Counted from the first letter of the stretch, positions 9,975-20,429 are shown. The stretch: 64,000 nt of DNA from Acidobacteriota bacterium (GCA_036507075.1 DASXQR010000192.1:32001-96000), one strand, 5' to 3'. The notes: generated by a model not told the origin, from the letters alone. Numbers and translations are program-made.

Positions 9975-12146
9975 TCATCGTATCGGGGAAACCGGAAGCG
10001 TCGTGAACTGCCCAGGATTGGGTCCCAGTTCGAGGGCCACTCCGGCGATGTTTCCGATTAAACCGGTCTCTTCGACAGTCAGTGTGCCTTCGAAGTCATC
10101 CGCAATGGCCAAGGGAAACAGTTCGTTGATAAAACGAGCAATGTGACCACCATTCACGATGCTTTCACTTCGAGTCCCGTTCAGCACGACTTGGCCGGAT
10201 TTGTTTCTAAGCGTAAACAAAAGTCGTCCCGAGTAGCCTGCGCTATGCACAGCCACTCCTGTATTTACACCGCCGGACTTAAATCGAACCGGCGTCACGA
10301 AGCCTGTCAGCAGTTGACTGTCACCGACCCCGGCAATACCGATGCCGGGAATGGCGAACCTGACCACACCGCTCAATGGATTGTCGCTCGCCACTCGGGC
10401 CGCGCCCACCAGAAGCGGACCCTTGCCGTCGCTGGAAAACGTGGAAGCGCCAAGAGGCGGTATCACGAACTGGACAGTGCTCTGCGCCGGCAACCCATTC
10501 AGACCTATCGCAAGCCCGAGGCCATTATCGGAGAGTAGATCTATCCTGCCCGAAACAACCTTCGTGCTTGATGGGTTGGTAAGCACCAGATCGAAGCTCA
10601 CGCCGCCATTTGCCACGTGCGCGAAGTAAAGATTGCTCGTTAACTGCAAGCCCGCTTGAGTGACGCTGAAGACTTTTCCGGCAATCGTGATTGAGCCGGT
10701 TCTGAAGACAGAAGCCGAATTCGCAAGCAGTGAATAAGAGACGACGCCATTGCCCGAGCCTGCGGCGCCTCCCGTGATTGTGATCCAGTCGTCGTTGCTC
10801 ACCGCGGTCCAACCGCACCCGGGCGGCGCCGTCACCGCCACGCTTCCCGCTTCGGCTCCGGCCTGATGACTGCGGCTTTCAGGTGAGATCGAGTAAGTAC
10901 AGGCTATCCCCTGCTGGCTCACGGTAAAAATCTGACCGGCGACTGTCAACGTTCCTGTGCGTGGAGCAGTACCCGGATTCAGATCGACTGTGTAGTTCAC
11001 CTGACCACTGCCGTTTCCGGTCGATCCCGACGTAATTGTTATCCAGGGTGCATTGCTGTTTGCATTCCAAGTGCAGCCGGCCGGTGCCGTAACCGTGACG
11101 ACTCCCGTTCCGCCTGTTAAAGTAAAGGAAGCGCTGGCAGGTGAAATGCCGTAGGTACATACAGGCAACACTGTCAACAAAGGAGAGTTAATGCTAAGGC
11201 GATTCTCCTCGTCCGATTCTGTCACTTCATTGGCTGCGTCAGCGACGAATGTCACAAAGTAGGTGCCCGGAGGCACTGTGGACGGTCCTGGAAACGAAAT
11301 TGTGAGGGTCCTGGAAACTGAACTGGTGGGAGCCAGGGAATCGATGCGCAGTTCTCCGATTTTATATCCTGTGAGCGTCGCAGGAATTGTGACGGCGTAG
11401 AAATCCAACCGGCTCGGCGGCGCTGTGGCAGAGCCGTTATTCTGAACGACGGCAGTGAGGGCCAGCGAATCTCCGGCCCGCACGGAGGTGGGACTGAAAC
11501 TGCCCGATGTAACAACAAGGTTGGGTTGAGATTCGGCTGTAATCTCCAACCGTGGCCCGAAGCCTTGTGCGTTCTCTCCCGCTTCGAAAACGGCATAGGA
11601 ATTGGCGGAAGCGGGTGCGCGAAATGAGAGTCGAAACTGAGCCGTTGAGGTATTCTGCGATGCCAGAAAAGAGATCGCTGCTGTCACATCAAGACTTTTG
11701 TATTCAACCGTGTCGTTGCTCGACAAGGTGCCAATATCCGCAGATATCGCATTGACACACGCATCTCCCAAATCCAGCGACGTGCCGTAATCTATGAGAT
11801 CAACGGTGATTGAATTCCCGCTTGCATAGGGCTGGCCGTTTTGGCCCACCTGGTACAAAACCAGGGTCGCCGACGTGATCCGGTTTCCGCGGAATGAACT
11901 GATGTCGAAGGAAACAAAACTTTTGTACAAACTCGGGACTCCGGCATCGCTGAGATTTGCCGAGCCGATTCGCAACTGGCCCGTAGGGGAAACCAGATCT
12001 TCCGGCGTCGATGATGGGCATTCCGGTCTACGGGTCCATCCATCCAGGGCGGCGTTGGAGAACATCGTGCCGGTGCTCTGCGCTGAGACTGTGAGGCTGA
12101 GAATTGAAATGAAAGCTGCAATGAAAAAGGCACTCAATTTGGACAT
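9975..12146 (-). CDS. Secreted multidomain protein (DNRLRE-like, CARDB, two BACON-like repeats, C-terminal beta domain)
   Basis: Signal peptide; PNLVVTS...VQNNG...ADAANEVTESDEEN (CARDB); two CTY.ISP...C.W.A.SN..WITI..G..G.G.G.V.Y repeats. Confidence 0.8.
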   Translation of the reverse strand: MSKLSAFFIAAFISILSLTVSAQSTGTMFSNAALDGWTRRPECPSSTPEDLVSPTGQLRIGSANLSDAGVPSLYKSFVSFDISSFRGNRITSATLVLYQVGQNGQPYASGNSITVDLIDYGTSLDLGDACVNAISADIGTLSSNDTVEYKSLDVTAAISFLASQNTSTAQFRLSFRAPASANSYAVFEAGENAQGFGPRLEITAESQPNLVVTSGSFSPTSVRAGDSLALTAVVQNNGSATAPPSRLDFYAVTIPATLTGYKIGELRIDSLAPTSSVSRTLTISFPGPSTVPPGTYFVTFVADAANEVTESDEENRLSINSPLLTVLPVCTYGISPASASFTLTGGTGVVTVTAPAGCTWNANSNAPWITITSGSTGNGSGQVNYTVDLNPGTAPRTGTLTVAGQIFTVSQQGIACTYSISPESRSHQAGAEAGSVAVTAPPGCGWTAVSNDDWITITGGAAGSGNGVVSYSLLANSASVFRTGSITIAGKVFSVTQAGLQLTSNLYFAHVANGGVSFDLVLTNPSSTKVVSGRIDLLSDNGLGLAIGLNGLPAQSTVQFVIPPLGASTFSSDGKGPLLVGAARVASDNPLSGVVRFAIPGIGIAGVGDSQLLTGFVTPVRFKSGGVNTGVAVHSAGYSGRLLFTLRNKSGQVVLNGTRSESIVNGGHIARFINELFPLAIADDFEGTLTVEETGLIGNIAGVALELGPNPGQFTTLPVSPIR

Positions 12147-12223
12147 GGCTCCCCCTGAACCCAGCAAGATACAATGTAAATAATAACTTATCCCGCATTA
12201 TTCGCGACTTTTTGCAATAACAG

Positions 12224-12330
12224 GTGGTCTGTTGTCCGTCGGCCGTTGTCAGTTGTCACTCCTGACGACCAGCATGCAAGAACCGCTGACAACTCCCACG
12301 GACAACGGACAACCCTGTGTCCTCTGTGGC
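12224..12330. repeat. Heptamer (GTTGTCM) inverted tandem repeat plus a 9-mer half
   Basis: GTTGTCCGTCGGCCGTTGTCAGTTGTCA...TGACAACTCCCACGGACAACGGACAAC, then CCTGTGTCCTCTGTGG. Confidence 0.75.
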
Positions 12331-12409
12331 TTTTTTAGCAAAGCTTTGTCTGACACCTACACCTCAGCCTATGACGATCCAGTCTGCCAAGCTCGATACT
12401 CGATTTCCG

Positions 12410-12450
12410 TTGACATGTGATATCACATAGATATCATATTGATGTCACAT
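12410..12450 (+). promoter_or_regulatory. Sigma70-type promoter overlapped by a tandem operator (three WGATRTCA boxes)
   Basis: TTGACA 12410-12415 and TATCAT 12432-12437; perfect palindrome ATGTGATATCACAT 12415-12428; boxes at 12418, 12429 and 12440 (11-bp period); AAGGAGG follows. Confidence 0.75.
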
Positions 12451-12463
12451 AAGGAGGTTCGTC

Positions 12464-13333
12464 ATGTTGCAGGAAAAGGAAATCAAGGGGATCTCGGGCT
12501 GGCTGATGTTGGCGGCATTGTTGGTACTGCTGATTTATTCAATCCTTACGCTGACTTTCGCGATTAGAGCCGGTGAGGGCTTCTGGGTTATTTTTTGGCT
12601 TACCGTTCTAATTGTCGACGTCGTTTCCGTGTTCGGGTTGACGGTGGTCAACCCGAACGAAGCCAAGGTGATCCAGTTGTTCGGGGCTTACAAGGGCTCC
12701 CTCAAACAGCAGGGCTTCCGGTGGGTTAATCCGCTGACCCTGCGCCGCAAGGTTTCTCTGCGAATACGCAACTTTGAGAGCGGCAAGCTGAAGGTGAACG
12801 ATCAGGACGGCAACCCGATCGAGATCGCCGCGGTGGTCGTCTGGCGAGTCGTCGAGACGGCGGAAGCGGTGTTTCAGGTGGACGACTATGAGCACTTTGT
12901 CCATGTGCAGAGCGAGGCCGCGCTTCGCGTTCTCGCCACCAGCTACCCGTACGATGCACATGTGGAAGGCCAGGTATCCCTGCGAATTTCCGCTATGGAG
13001 ATTTCCCACAAGCTGCGCGATGAGATCCAGGAGAGATTGGCCAAGGCCGGGGTCGAAGTGATCGAGGCCCGGATCAGTCACCTGGCCTATGCGCCCGAGA
13101 TTGCCAGCGCGATGCTGCGCCGGCAACAGGCTAGCGCCATCATCGCAGCGCGGCAAAAAATAGTCGAAGGGGCCGTGGGCATGGTTGAGATGGCGCTCGA
13201 TTTGCTGAGCGCAAAACAAGTGGTGCAGCTTGACGAAGAGCGTAAGGCTTCCATGGTGAGCAACCTGCTGGTGGTGCTGTGCAGCGATCGGGATGCGCAG
13301 CCGGTCGTCAACACGGGCACGCTTTATCAATAG
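12464..13333 (+). CDS. SPFH (band 7) domain membrane protein
   Basis: Two N-terminal TM helices; [20 protein letters not shown] and [17 protein letters not shown]. Confidence 0.92.
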   Translation: MLQEKEIKGISGWLMLAALLVLLIYSILTLTFAIRAGEGFWVIFWLTVLIVDVVSVFGLTVVNPNEAKVIQLFGAYKGSLKQQGFRWVNPLTLRRKVSLRIRNFESGKLKVNDQDGNPIEIAAVVVWRVVETAEAVFQVDDYEHFVHVQSEAALRVLATSYPYDAHVEGQVSLRISAMEISHKLRDEIQERLAKAGVEVIEARISHLAYAPEIASAMLRRQQASAIIAARQKIVEGAVGMVEMALDLLSAKQVVQLDEERKASMVSNLLVVLCSDRDAQPVVNTGTLYQ

Positions 13334-13363
13334 CCCGGTTCGACGCTGCGTATTGGAAGAAAT

Positions 13364-13570
13364 ATGGCGCAACGGAAAACATTTCTCCTTCGTCTCGACC
13401 CGGCAACGCACGAAGCCCTGCAGCGCTGGGCCGACACGGATCTGCGCAGCCTGAACGGACAGATAGAGTTCCTGCTGCGCAATGCGCTTCGCGAAGCGGG
13501 ACGCTTGCCTGCAGACCAATCCCCAGCCGCGCGCAAGGATCCGCTCCCGCCTGCGGGCTCTAAGGAGTGA
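13364..13570 (+). CDS. Ribbon-helix-helix (Arc-like) DNA-binding protein
   Basis: RKTFLLRLDPATHEALQRWADTDLRSLNGQIEFLLR. Confidence 0.85.
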   Translation: MAQRKTFLLRLDPATHEALQRWADTDLRSLNGQIEFLLRNALREAGRLPADQSPAARKDPLPPAGSKE

Positions 13571-13573
13571 GTA

Positions 13574-14368
13574 ATGAAACCCTGGATCCAACCGATGGAC
13601 TTGAAGCGTAGCTGGGTTCCCCCGGACGGGCTGGATCGCTCACGGCCGCGGGAAGTGCGACTGACCGCCGCAGGACGGGCGTTGGTGTTAGTCGGCATTC
13701 TCTTAATGGCAGGCGCTGTCGGCGCAGGTATCGGTCTCGGGATGAAGGCCGGCCGTCAAGCGGAGGAGGCGCGCCTGCTTCGAGAAGAGGGCTTGATTGC
13801 GCAGGGGGTTGTCACCCGGATATGGCAGAAGCGGGGCGAGAAAAAACAGTCCTGGGTGGCTTACCAGTTCACGACTGACGGACGCACCTACGGACGGGAT
13901 GCGAAGGTCTCGCGCTCCGTCGGGCAACGTCTTCTTGTCGAAGGGCAGATCGCGGTTCGCTATGTTCCTTCCAATCCCGACCTCAATTATCCTCTCGACT
14001 TCGCCAACAAACGCATGCCTGTGTGGCTGCCGTTCTGGATTGCCGGCGCCCTGGCACTGTTTGGATTTTTCGTAACGTTACCGATTCGAAAAGCGCGCAG
14101 GCTGCTTGCGGAAGGACGGCCGGCGCCGGGCATCGTGACGAAACACGGGCACATCATGCACAGTTCGCATGGAAGAGTACTTGGAAAGAAGTCTTACTAC
14201 GAGTTTCCTCTCCTCAACGGAGCCATCAGGAAGGGGGAAACTGGTCCCAGCAAGAATCCTCCCGCCGTCGGCAGCGTGTTCTGTGTGCTCTACGACCCGG
14301 ATACTCCGCGCAAAAATGCACCCTACCCATTGTCGCTGGTCAGACTGGCGAATGTGCGCCGGCCTTGA
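13574..14368 (+). CDS. Membrane protein with DUF3592-like repeats
   Basis: TM helix, then G.VT...V.YQF...I.VRY.P.NP; the pattern recurs as V.YDPDTP; co-oriented with the SPFH and RHH genes. Confidence 0.7.
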   Translation: MKPWIQPMDLKRSWVPPDGLDRSRPREVRLTAAGRALVLVGILLMAGAVGAGIGLGMKAGRQAEEARLLREEGLIAQGVVTRIWQKRGEKKQSWVAYQFTTDGRTYGRDAKVSRSVGQRLLVEGQIAVRYVPSNPDLNYPLDFANKRMPVWLPFWIAGALALFGFFVTLPIRKARRLLAEGRPAPGIVTKHGHIMHSSHGRVLGKKSYYEFPLLNGAIRKGETGPSKNPPAVGSVFCVLYDPDTPRKNAPYPLSLVRLANVRRP

Positions 14369-14521
14369 AATTAAGTAGTTGAAAACAAGTCATTTCTAGC
14401 GGAGGATAATCACTAATGTAAGAGTAGGGGCAGCAAAGCGGGCGCATGTGGTTCGGCGCAGGGCTTGTTACGATATCAATCAGCGTAATTCGCGTAAATC
14501 AGCGGCTGGTTCTTCGATGAG

Positions 14522-15979
14522 GTGACAATGACACGACCGTCCTCTTTCAGGCACAACCCGACTTTTTCGTGTGCGCTCGTCTTGATCATCGGCGTCGTCA
14601 TGCTGTCCATTGGGCGCGGCGCCTCACAACCCCGCACCTTCAATGTGCTCTTTATTGCGTCCGACGATTTGAACAATGCGCTCGGCTGTTACCAGCATCC
14701 TCTGGTTCGCTCGCCCAACATCGATCGACTCGCGCGCAGCGGCATGCGCTTCGATCGCGCCTATTGCCAGTACCCGCTGTGCAATCCGAGCCGCGCCTCC
14801 CTGATGACGGGGTTGCGGCCCGACACGACCGGGGTACTGGACAATCAATTCAATTTCCGAACGAAGCTGCCAAATGTCGTGACCTTGCCTCAGTTGTTTC
14901 GCAACAACCGATACTTTGTCGCGCGCCTGGGCAAGCTCTATCACTACGGCGTGCCCGGGCAAATAGGAACCAACGGGCTGGATGATCCGCAGTCCTGGGA
15001 CCAGGTCGTCAATCCTCGCGGGCGCGACAAGGACGAGGAAAACAAGATCATAAACCACACGGTGGGACGCCCTCTGGGCAGCGCACTTGCCTTTTTGGCC
15101 GCCGATGGATCAGACGAAGAGCAGACCGACGGCAAAATCGCCACCGAAGCGATTCGCCTGCTCGAGAACAACCGGGAGCGGCCATTCTTCCTGGCAGTCG
15201 GATTCTTCCGGCCGCATTCGCCTTACGTCGCTCCCAAGAAGTATTTCGACCTCTATCCGACCGAGAAGATAAAGCTTCCTAAGGATCCGCCGAACGACCG
15301 CGACGATATTCCTGCGACTGCCTTGTTCACAACGCCGCCGAACTGGGGTCTGTCCGAGACGCAGCAGCGCGAGGCGACACGCGCCTACTTCGCGTCGATT
15401 TCCTTCATGGACGCGCAAGTGGGACGCCTGCTCGATGCACTCGATCGACTCGGCCTTCGCGATCAAACGCTGGTAGTGTTTTGGGGAGACCACGGCTATC
15501 ACCTCGGGGAGCACGGCACCTGGATGAAGTCGAGCCTTTTTGAAGAGTCGGCGCGCGTGCCGCTGATCATCTCTGCACCGGGAATGAAAGCCGGCAAATC
15601 GTGCGAGCGCCTGGTCGAGTTTGTCGATCTTTATCCCACCGTCGCCGAATTCTGCGGTTTGAAGACGCCTGAAGGTCTGGAGGGCGAAAGCCTGGTGCCA
15701 CTGCTGCGCGATCCCAATCGTCGGTGGAAAAAAGCCGCGTTTACCCAGGTTCGAAGAGCAGAGCAGGGACAAAGTTTTGCCGGCCGCTCAGTCCGCACCG
15801 ACCGCTGGCGCTACACGGAATGGGACGAGGGACGAAAAGGCGCCGAGCTCTACGACCATCGCAAAGATCCACATGAATGGACTAATCTGGCGAACGATCC
15901 CAGGCATCAATCAACCGTCTCAGAGCTCAAAAGCCTCCTGCACGCCGGCTGGAAGGCTGCGCGCGTCGAGAAGCCTTGA
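14522..15979 (+). CDS. Sulfatase (iduronate/choline sulfatase-like)
   Basis: [10 protein letters not shown], formylglycine motif [20 protein letters not shown]. Confidence 0.93.
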   Translation: MTMTRPSSFRHNPTFSCALVLIIGVVMLSIGRGASQPRTFNVLFIASDDLNNALGCYQHPLVRSPNIDRLARSGMRFDRAYCQYPLCNPSRASLMTGLRPDTTGVLDNQFNFRTKLPNVVTLPQLFRNNRYFVARLGKLYHYGVPGQIGTNGLDDPQSWDQVVNPRGRDKDEENKIINHTVGRPLGSALAFLAADGSDEEQTDGKIATEAIRLLENNRERPFFLAVGFFRPHSPYVAPKKYFDLYPTEKIKLPKDPPNDRDDIPATALFTTPPNWGLSETQQREATRAYFASISFMDAQVGRLLDALDRLGLRDQTLVVFWGDHGYHLGEHGTWMKSSLFEESARVPLIISAPGMKAGKSCERLVEFVDLYPTVAEFCGLKTPEGLEGESLVPLLRDPNRRWKKAAFTQVRRAEQGQSFAGRSVRTDRWRYTEWDEGRKGAELYDHRKDPHEWTNLANDPRHQSTVSELKSLLHAGWKAARVEKP

Positions 15980-16684
15980 TTTCTTTTTTCGCGCAATGAC
16001 TACCCACCCGAGAGTGTCATCTTTGCGTCGATCACAGCGGTCGAGATAAAAACAGCCGAGGGGCACGACAAATCCCAAGATCGGCGCTGATACCAAAAAC
16101 ACAAGAATCTTCAGTCCACGGGTCCAGTTAAATAGTTTCTCCAGCCATGTGCGAGCGAAAACCCAGTAACCTCCGCCAATGGGGTCGCAGCGGTCCACCG
16201 TCCATCGCGTTGTCCTCAGCAGGTAGACAATGCCTGTCCGGTCGAACCTGTGAAGATCATCTGCAGCTTCTAATCGTGGAAAGCGCCAGGGTATCGTCAG
16301 GAACAACTCGCCGCCGGGCTTGACGGACCGATGCATCTCTTCCAGGCTCTTCCGCGGATTCTTGAAATGATGCAGCGCGGCGCTGCAACAGATCGCATCC
16401 AGGCACCCGGCGCGCAGCGGGAGCTTGTGCGCATCTGCCAGGATTCGAGCCCCGCTGCGAAAGCGCAGCGCACCTGCACTGCGGTCCAGTGCTATGGCCC
16501 AGGGCGCGTATACGGCGGCGCCGCCGGCAAGGTCCAACAGACGCGCAGATTCATGTCGAAGGCAGAACGCGGCTGCCAGGCGCTCCAGTTCGAACTCAAA
16601 GGGGATGAGCCTGCGACGAAGAAACTCGGGAACCGCCAGCCGGATCCTATCGCGCAGCCGTTTTGATTGTTCACCTCTGGCCAT
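15920..16684 (-). CDS. Class I SAM-dependent methyltransferase
   Basis: [19 protein letters not shown]...L.EM.R..KPGG. Confidence 0.8.
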   Translation of the reverse strand: MARGEQSKRLRDRIRLAVPEFLRRRLIPFEFELERLAAAFCLRHESARLLDLAGGAAVYAPWAIALDRSAGALRFRSGARILADAHKLPLRAGCLDAICCSAALHHFKNPRKSLEEMHRSVKPGGELFLTIPWRFPRLEAADDLHRFDRTGIVYLLRTTRWTVDRCDPIGGGYWVFARTWLEKLFNWTRGLKILVFLVSAPILGFVVPLGCFYLDRCDRRKDDTLGWVVIARKKKSRLLDARSLPAGVQEAFEL

Positions 16685-17699
16685 AGCTGTTTTGGAATAC
16701 GGGAATCTTTTTGAAAAGCTGAAGGCGTTCTACATAAGGCAGCAAACGGCTGATCAGCAAAGGTCCGGCCAAAAAGCTGATGATGGTAAACAGCAGGTTG
16801 GGCCTGGGAATGGTGCAATGCTGGCAGGGTGGGTATTGACTAAGGTCGCCCGAGACGTGCGCTTTACGTATATTCTGCATCTCGGTGGAGTTCCAGAACT
16901 GATCAAAGGAAGATTTCCTCAGGTCACCGAGCGGGGGCTTGCCGGCAAAACGGCAACAGGGCGCAACTGTCCCGTCGTGACGTATAAAAATGGATCCGCG
17001 CCAAAGCAAAAAGCAGGGGAGCCTTTTTCTTTCCTTTCTGGGCCGATAAATGTCGGCGCGTATCGATGAGTACTTCAGTTGGTCTTCCTTGAAGCGAATT
17101 ATGTCCACTCCCCGGCGATTCCACATCTTTTTAAAAAGACTCGTTTCATGTTCGTTATCACGCAACAGGACCATTTGCAGGATCACCTTCATCCGGGCAC
17201 GGCTCTTCAATTTGAACGCCAGAAAAGCTTCAATATTACGTTTGACCCAGTCGAATTTTGCTCCCGCCCGATATTTCTCGTAGGAAGCCGCGGTGGCTCC
17301 ATCGAAAGCCAGGATGAGATTGTCCACTCCACAGTCAAGCAATTTGCGGCTCCGGCTCTCATCCAGCATCGTGGCATTTGTCGAAAGTTCAACTCTCACG
17401 CCTGAATCCCTGGCATATCGCACCATTTCGTAAATATTTTCATTCAGCAGAGGCTCGCCTTCGCCAAAAGGCCAAATGAATTCCAATGTGCGACGGTTCT
17501 GGTCGATGATGGACTTGAAGCGGGAAAGCGGCATATGTCCGAGCGGGAGCGGGTCTTTGTCCCGATTGCACATGGGGCAGGCAAGATTGCACTTGTTGGT
17601 TGACTCAATCGTGAGATGAAGCGGCTTGCTGCGCAAAACGTGTTTTCCCGCCAGATACTCCCACAGCAGCGTCGCTCGGTTTGCCAGGTGATACATCAC
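16671..17699 (-). CDS. Radical SAM protein with SPASM/twitch domain
   Basis: CNLACPMC, GEPLL, C-terminal PC...DGTVAPCC...CQHC; AAGGAGG RBS. Confidence 0.9.
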   Translation of the reverse strand: MMYHLANRATLLWEYLAGKHVLRSKPLHLTIESTNKCNLACPMCNRDKDPLPLGHMPLSRFKSIIDQNRRTLEFIWPFGEGEPLLNENIYEMVRYARDSGVRVELSTNATMLDESRSRKLLDCGVDNLILAFDGATAASYEKYRAGAKFDWVKRNIEAFLAFKLKSRARMKVILQMVLLRDNEHETSLFKKMWNRRGVDIIRFKEDQLKYSSIRADIYRPRKERKRLPCFLLWRGSIFIRHDGTVAPCCRFAGKPPLGDLRKSSFDQFWNSTEMQNIRKAHVSGDLSQYPPCQHCTIPRPNLLFTIISFLAGPLLISRLLPYVERLQLFKKIPVFQNSYGQR

Positions 17700-18663
17700 G
17701 GCCTCCTTGTATGGCTAAGCGCAGTACCTGGAAATACATCTGTTTGTAGCTCTGAATGGCGCGGTCGGAATTGTAAATGCCATAGCGGCGCAAGAGCCGC
17801 GGCCGGAGCCAACCAGGAAAAACGTAGCTGAACAGAATTCGCAGAAGCATTCCAACCGCCATCGAAATCCGTACCATCTGGCAGGCATCGGGCAGATGGA
17901 TTCGGCAGTAACGCAGAACACTGCGGTAGAAATCATGGTAACGGTGTTCAATGATGAAATGGCGGCTGGTCTCTCTGCCTGTATGGATGGCAGCGGCGTC
18001 GGCGCAAAAGATTGTTCTCCACCCGCGCGACGCCAGTCTTCGGTGGAGGTCGACATCTTCCATCCATGCGGGAGCGTAACACTCGTCGTATCCGCCGATC
18101 TCGACAAGCGCATCTCGCCTCGTCAGGACAAAGGCCCCACAGGCGTGTTCCACCACGCAATCCCGGTCATGGGGAAAATCCATCATCCGATAATGCGGTG
18201 TCGCCGGGTTGTTTGGCAAAAGCTTGTGAAGAAGAAGAAGTTCTGTACACAGCGCCCTGTTGGAAGGAAACCTTCTGACGTTGTGGCCGATCTGAAACGT
18301 TCCATCTTCGTTCTGAAACCGAGGAACGGCCACTGCGAACCGGTCGCAGGACAGGAGCTTATTCTCCAGTTCGCAGATACAGTCCGCGCCGGCGATCCAG
18401 TCTCCGTCGACAAATAAGACAAGCGGTTCCCTTGTTTTTGCCAGGCCGAGATTGCGTGCTTGCGCGAAGTTGATTTTTTGATCGCGCGACAGAATCGGGA
18501 CGCCCGGATACTCGCGGGCAACAATCTCAACGGTATCATCTTCAGATCCGCAGTCGCACAAAACGACCTCGCGAATGCCCGCAGTTCGCAGGCTGTCCAG
18601 GCATCGACAAACCGACAAGGAATTGTTCCAAGCCGTCACGACGGCTGAAATTCCGACTTGCAT
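17605..18663 (-). CDS. Glycosyltransferase family 2
   Basis: ISAVVTAWN, DCGSEDDT, FAQARNLG, FVDGD, GGYDE, EDVDL. Confidence 0.88.
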   Translation of the reverse strand: MQVGISAVVTAWNNSLSVCRCLDSLRTAGIREVVLCDCGSEDDTVEIVAREYPGVPILSRDQKINFAQARNLGLAKTREPLVLFVDGDWIAGADCICELENKLLSCDRFAVAVPRFQNEDGTFQIGHNVRRFPSNRALCTELLLLHKLLPNNPATPHYRMMDFPHDRDCVVEHACGAFVLTRRDALVEIGGYDECYAPAWMEDVDLHRRLASRGWRTIFCADAAAIHTGRETSRHFIIEHRYHDFYRSVLRYCRIHLPDACQMVRISMAVGMLLRILFSYVFPGWLRPRLLRRYGIYNSDRAIQSYKQMYFQVLRLAIQGGRDVSPGKPSDAAVGVSGGKTRFAQQAASSHD

Positions 18664-18696
18664 GGCAGTTAGGATGCCTTCATTCTAAGAACCACT

Positions 18697-20412
18697 ATGG
18701 AAAAACGCAACCGGTGGTCCTGCGTTGTTTCCCTGCTTATCTTCAGCGTCGTCGTTCAAATACCGTTTCTGCAAAAGGCATTTCACATAGATGACAACAT
18801 ATATCTGATGGTCGCGGAAAATCTTTACACCCATTCCTGGTTTCCTCAGGATCTTCATACCTATTTTGAAGGGCTGCGGGTCGAAAGTTTCATTTCTCAC
18901 GAGCACCCCTTGCTTTTGTCCAGTGTTCTGCTGGCTCCAGCGACGGCAGTGAGTGTTCGGCCCGAGTTGACGGCGCACGTTACGTATTTGATCTTCTTTT
19001 TGCTGTTGGTTCTGTCCATCTTTCTGTTGTGTGAAAGTTCAGAGATTGGTTGGATGGCTGCCGCGCTTACTGCCGTTTCTCCGGTCGTTTTCGTGTCGAG
19101 CCATTCGTTAATGTCCGACCTGCCCTATGTGGCGTTGGTTTACGTTGCTCTGGTTCTGGTTGTGGTCTCGAACCGCGGTTTCCCGGGCAGTACCCGCTCA
19201 TGGATGCTTCTTTGTGCCGGTTTAAGCTGCGCGGCGGCAGCGATGTTCGCTTACCAGGCTGTCTTCTTTGTGCCAGTCGTCTACTGGGCTGCCTGTGGAG
19301 GACTGGCGCATAACGTACGTATCCGGCTGCGTTTTGCGGCGTTTTGGACGCGATATGTCGCGTCCAAATCCGATGCGGCGCGCCGCGTCTCTACGCCGGA
19401 AAATGTACAAACTCGAAAGGCGCGTGTCGCGTCTGAGCCCCGACCCGACATGACGCGTCGAGATCATCGGGCGGGCCAAATTTGGATTTGGGCTCTGCCA
19501 CTCACCATTCTGTTTGCCTACGCGGCTATCAATTCAGTCTACTTTGGACGGTTTATTTGGTGGGACCTGTTTGTCTTCTGGCATCAGCAACCGGTCTCTG
19601 CCGGCGGGCTATGGGCAAAATTGACATACTCGTTGCTGACCTTGCTGGGAGCAATCACCTTTCCTCTAGCCTGGGTCGTTCTACTGTCCAGGAAAACAGT
19701 CGAAAGTGGACCGCCAGCGCCGCCTGATCGCACTAACGCACTTTTAATAGCCTTGGTAGTGGTGACTTTTTTCATGATCCTCTTTGTGTATCACATAGGT
19801 ACGGCGCGTTATTTGCTTCCAGCCGCTCCCGCCATTTGTATCTTTATGGTTTCTCGTATGCGAGCCGTCGTCCGACATCTTGCGCGGCGAATTGCCTGGT
19901 TTGCTGCACTATTTGGGTTGACGGCGGGTGTGTCATTTTCTTTGGCGAGCGCGGATTCTGAATGGGCCGCCTTTTACCGGGATGCAGCATCAGTGGTCTC
20001 AGAATACCAGCATCAGGGAACCAAGGTCTGGATCGCGGGCGAATGGGGTTTTCGATGGTACTTTCGCCGTGAAGGCGGCATAGTTCTTGGTCGCGCAGAC
20101 AATCGCCCCCTTCGCGGTGACATCCTGATCCGGCCGAAGCTGGCCAGTCCGTACCTGACCGCCTACGATCGTTTCCCGAACGCTTTGGAATTGGAAAAAG
20201 TCATCCAATACCGTCCATCCCTACCGGTTAGATTGCTCGATTTTGATTCCCATGCCGGCTTTTACAGCTCTGGTTGGGGGCTGCTTCCCTATTCTGTCAA
20301 TCTTTCGGATAAGGCGCTGGAAGAAATACTGATCTACCGTGTCAAAAAACCCGTGCCGGCTCCGGCGCGAGAGCCGACGTATTGGGATTGGAACAAGCCC
20401 AACAGCGAATGA
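18697..20412 (+). CDS. GT-C fold (PMT/ArnT-like) polytopic membrane glycosyltransferase
   Basis: HIDD acidic motif after TM1, HPLL, MSDLP, RYLLP; many TM helices. Confidence 0.75.
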   Translation: MEKRNRWSCVVSLLIFSVVVQIPFLQKAFHIDDNIYLMVAENLYTHSWFPQDLHTYFEGLRVESFISHEHPLLLSSVLLAPATAVSVRPELTAHVTYLIFFLLLVLSIFLLCESSEIGWMAAALTAVSPVVFVSSHSLMSDLPYVALVYVALVLVVVSNRGFPGSTRSWMLLCAGLSCAAAAMFAYQAVFFVPVVYWAACGGLAHNVRIRLRFAAFWTRYVASKSDAARRVSTPENVQTRKARVASEPRPDMTRRDHRAGQIWIWALPLTILFAYAAINSVYFGRFIWWDLFVFWHQQPVSAGGLWAKLTYSLLTLLGAITFPLAWVVLLSRKTVESGPPAPPDRTNALLIALVVVTFFMILFVYHIGTARYLLPAAPAICIFMVSRMRAVVRHLARRIAWFAALFGLTAGVSFSLASADSEWAAFYRDAASVVSEYQHQGTKVWIAGEWGFRWYFRREGGIVLGRADNRPLRGDILIRPKLASPYLTAYDRFPNALELEKVIQYRPSLPVRLLDFDSHAGFYSSGWGLLPYSVNLSDKALEEILIYRVKKPVPAPAREPTYWDWNKPNSE

Positions 20413-20429
20413 AGCACGAATGTAGAAAC

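Noticed and set aside
14369..14521. Possible riboswitch or ncRNA in intergenic leaders (also 21723-21881 and 35958-36101)
   Set aside because: No recognisable conserved aptamer motifs by eye; an Rfam scan would be needed to exclude one.
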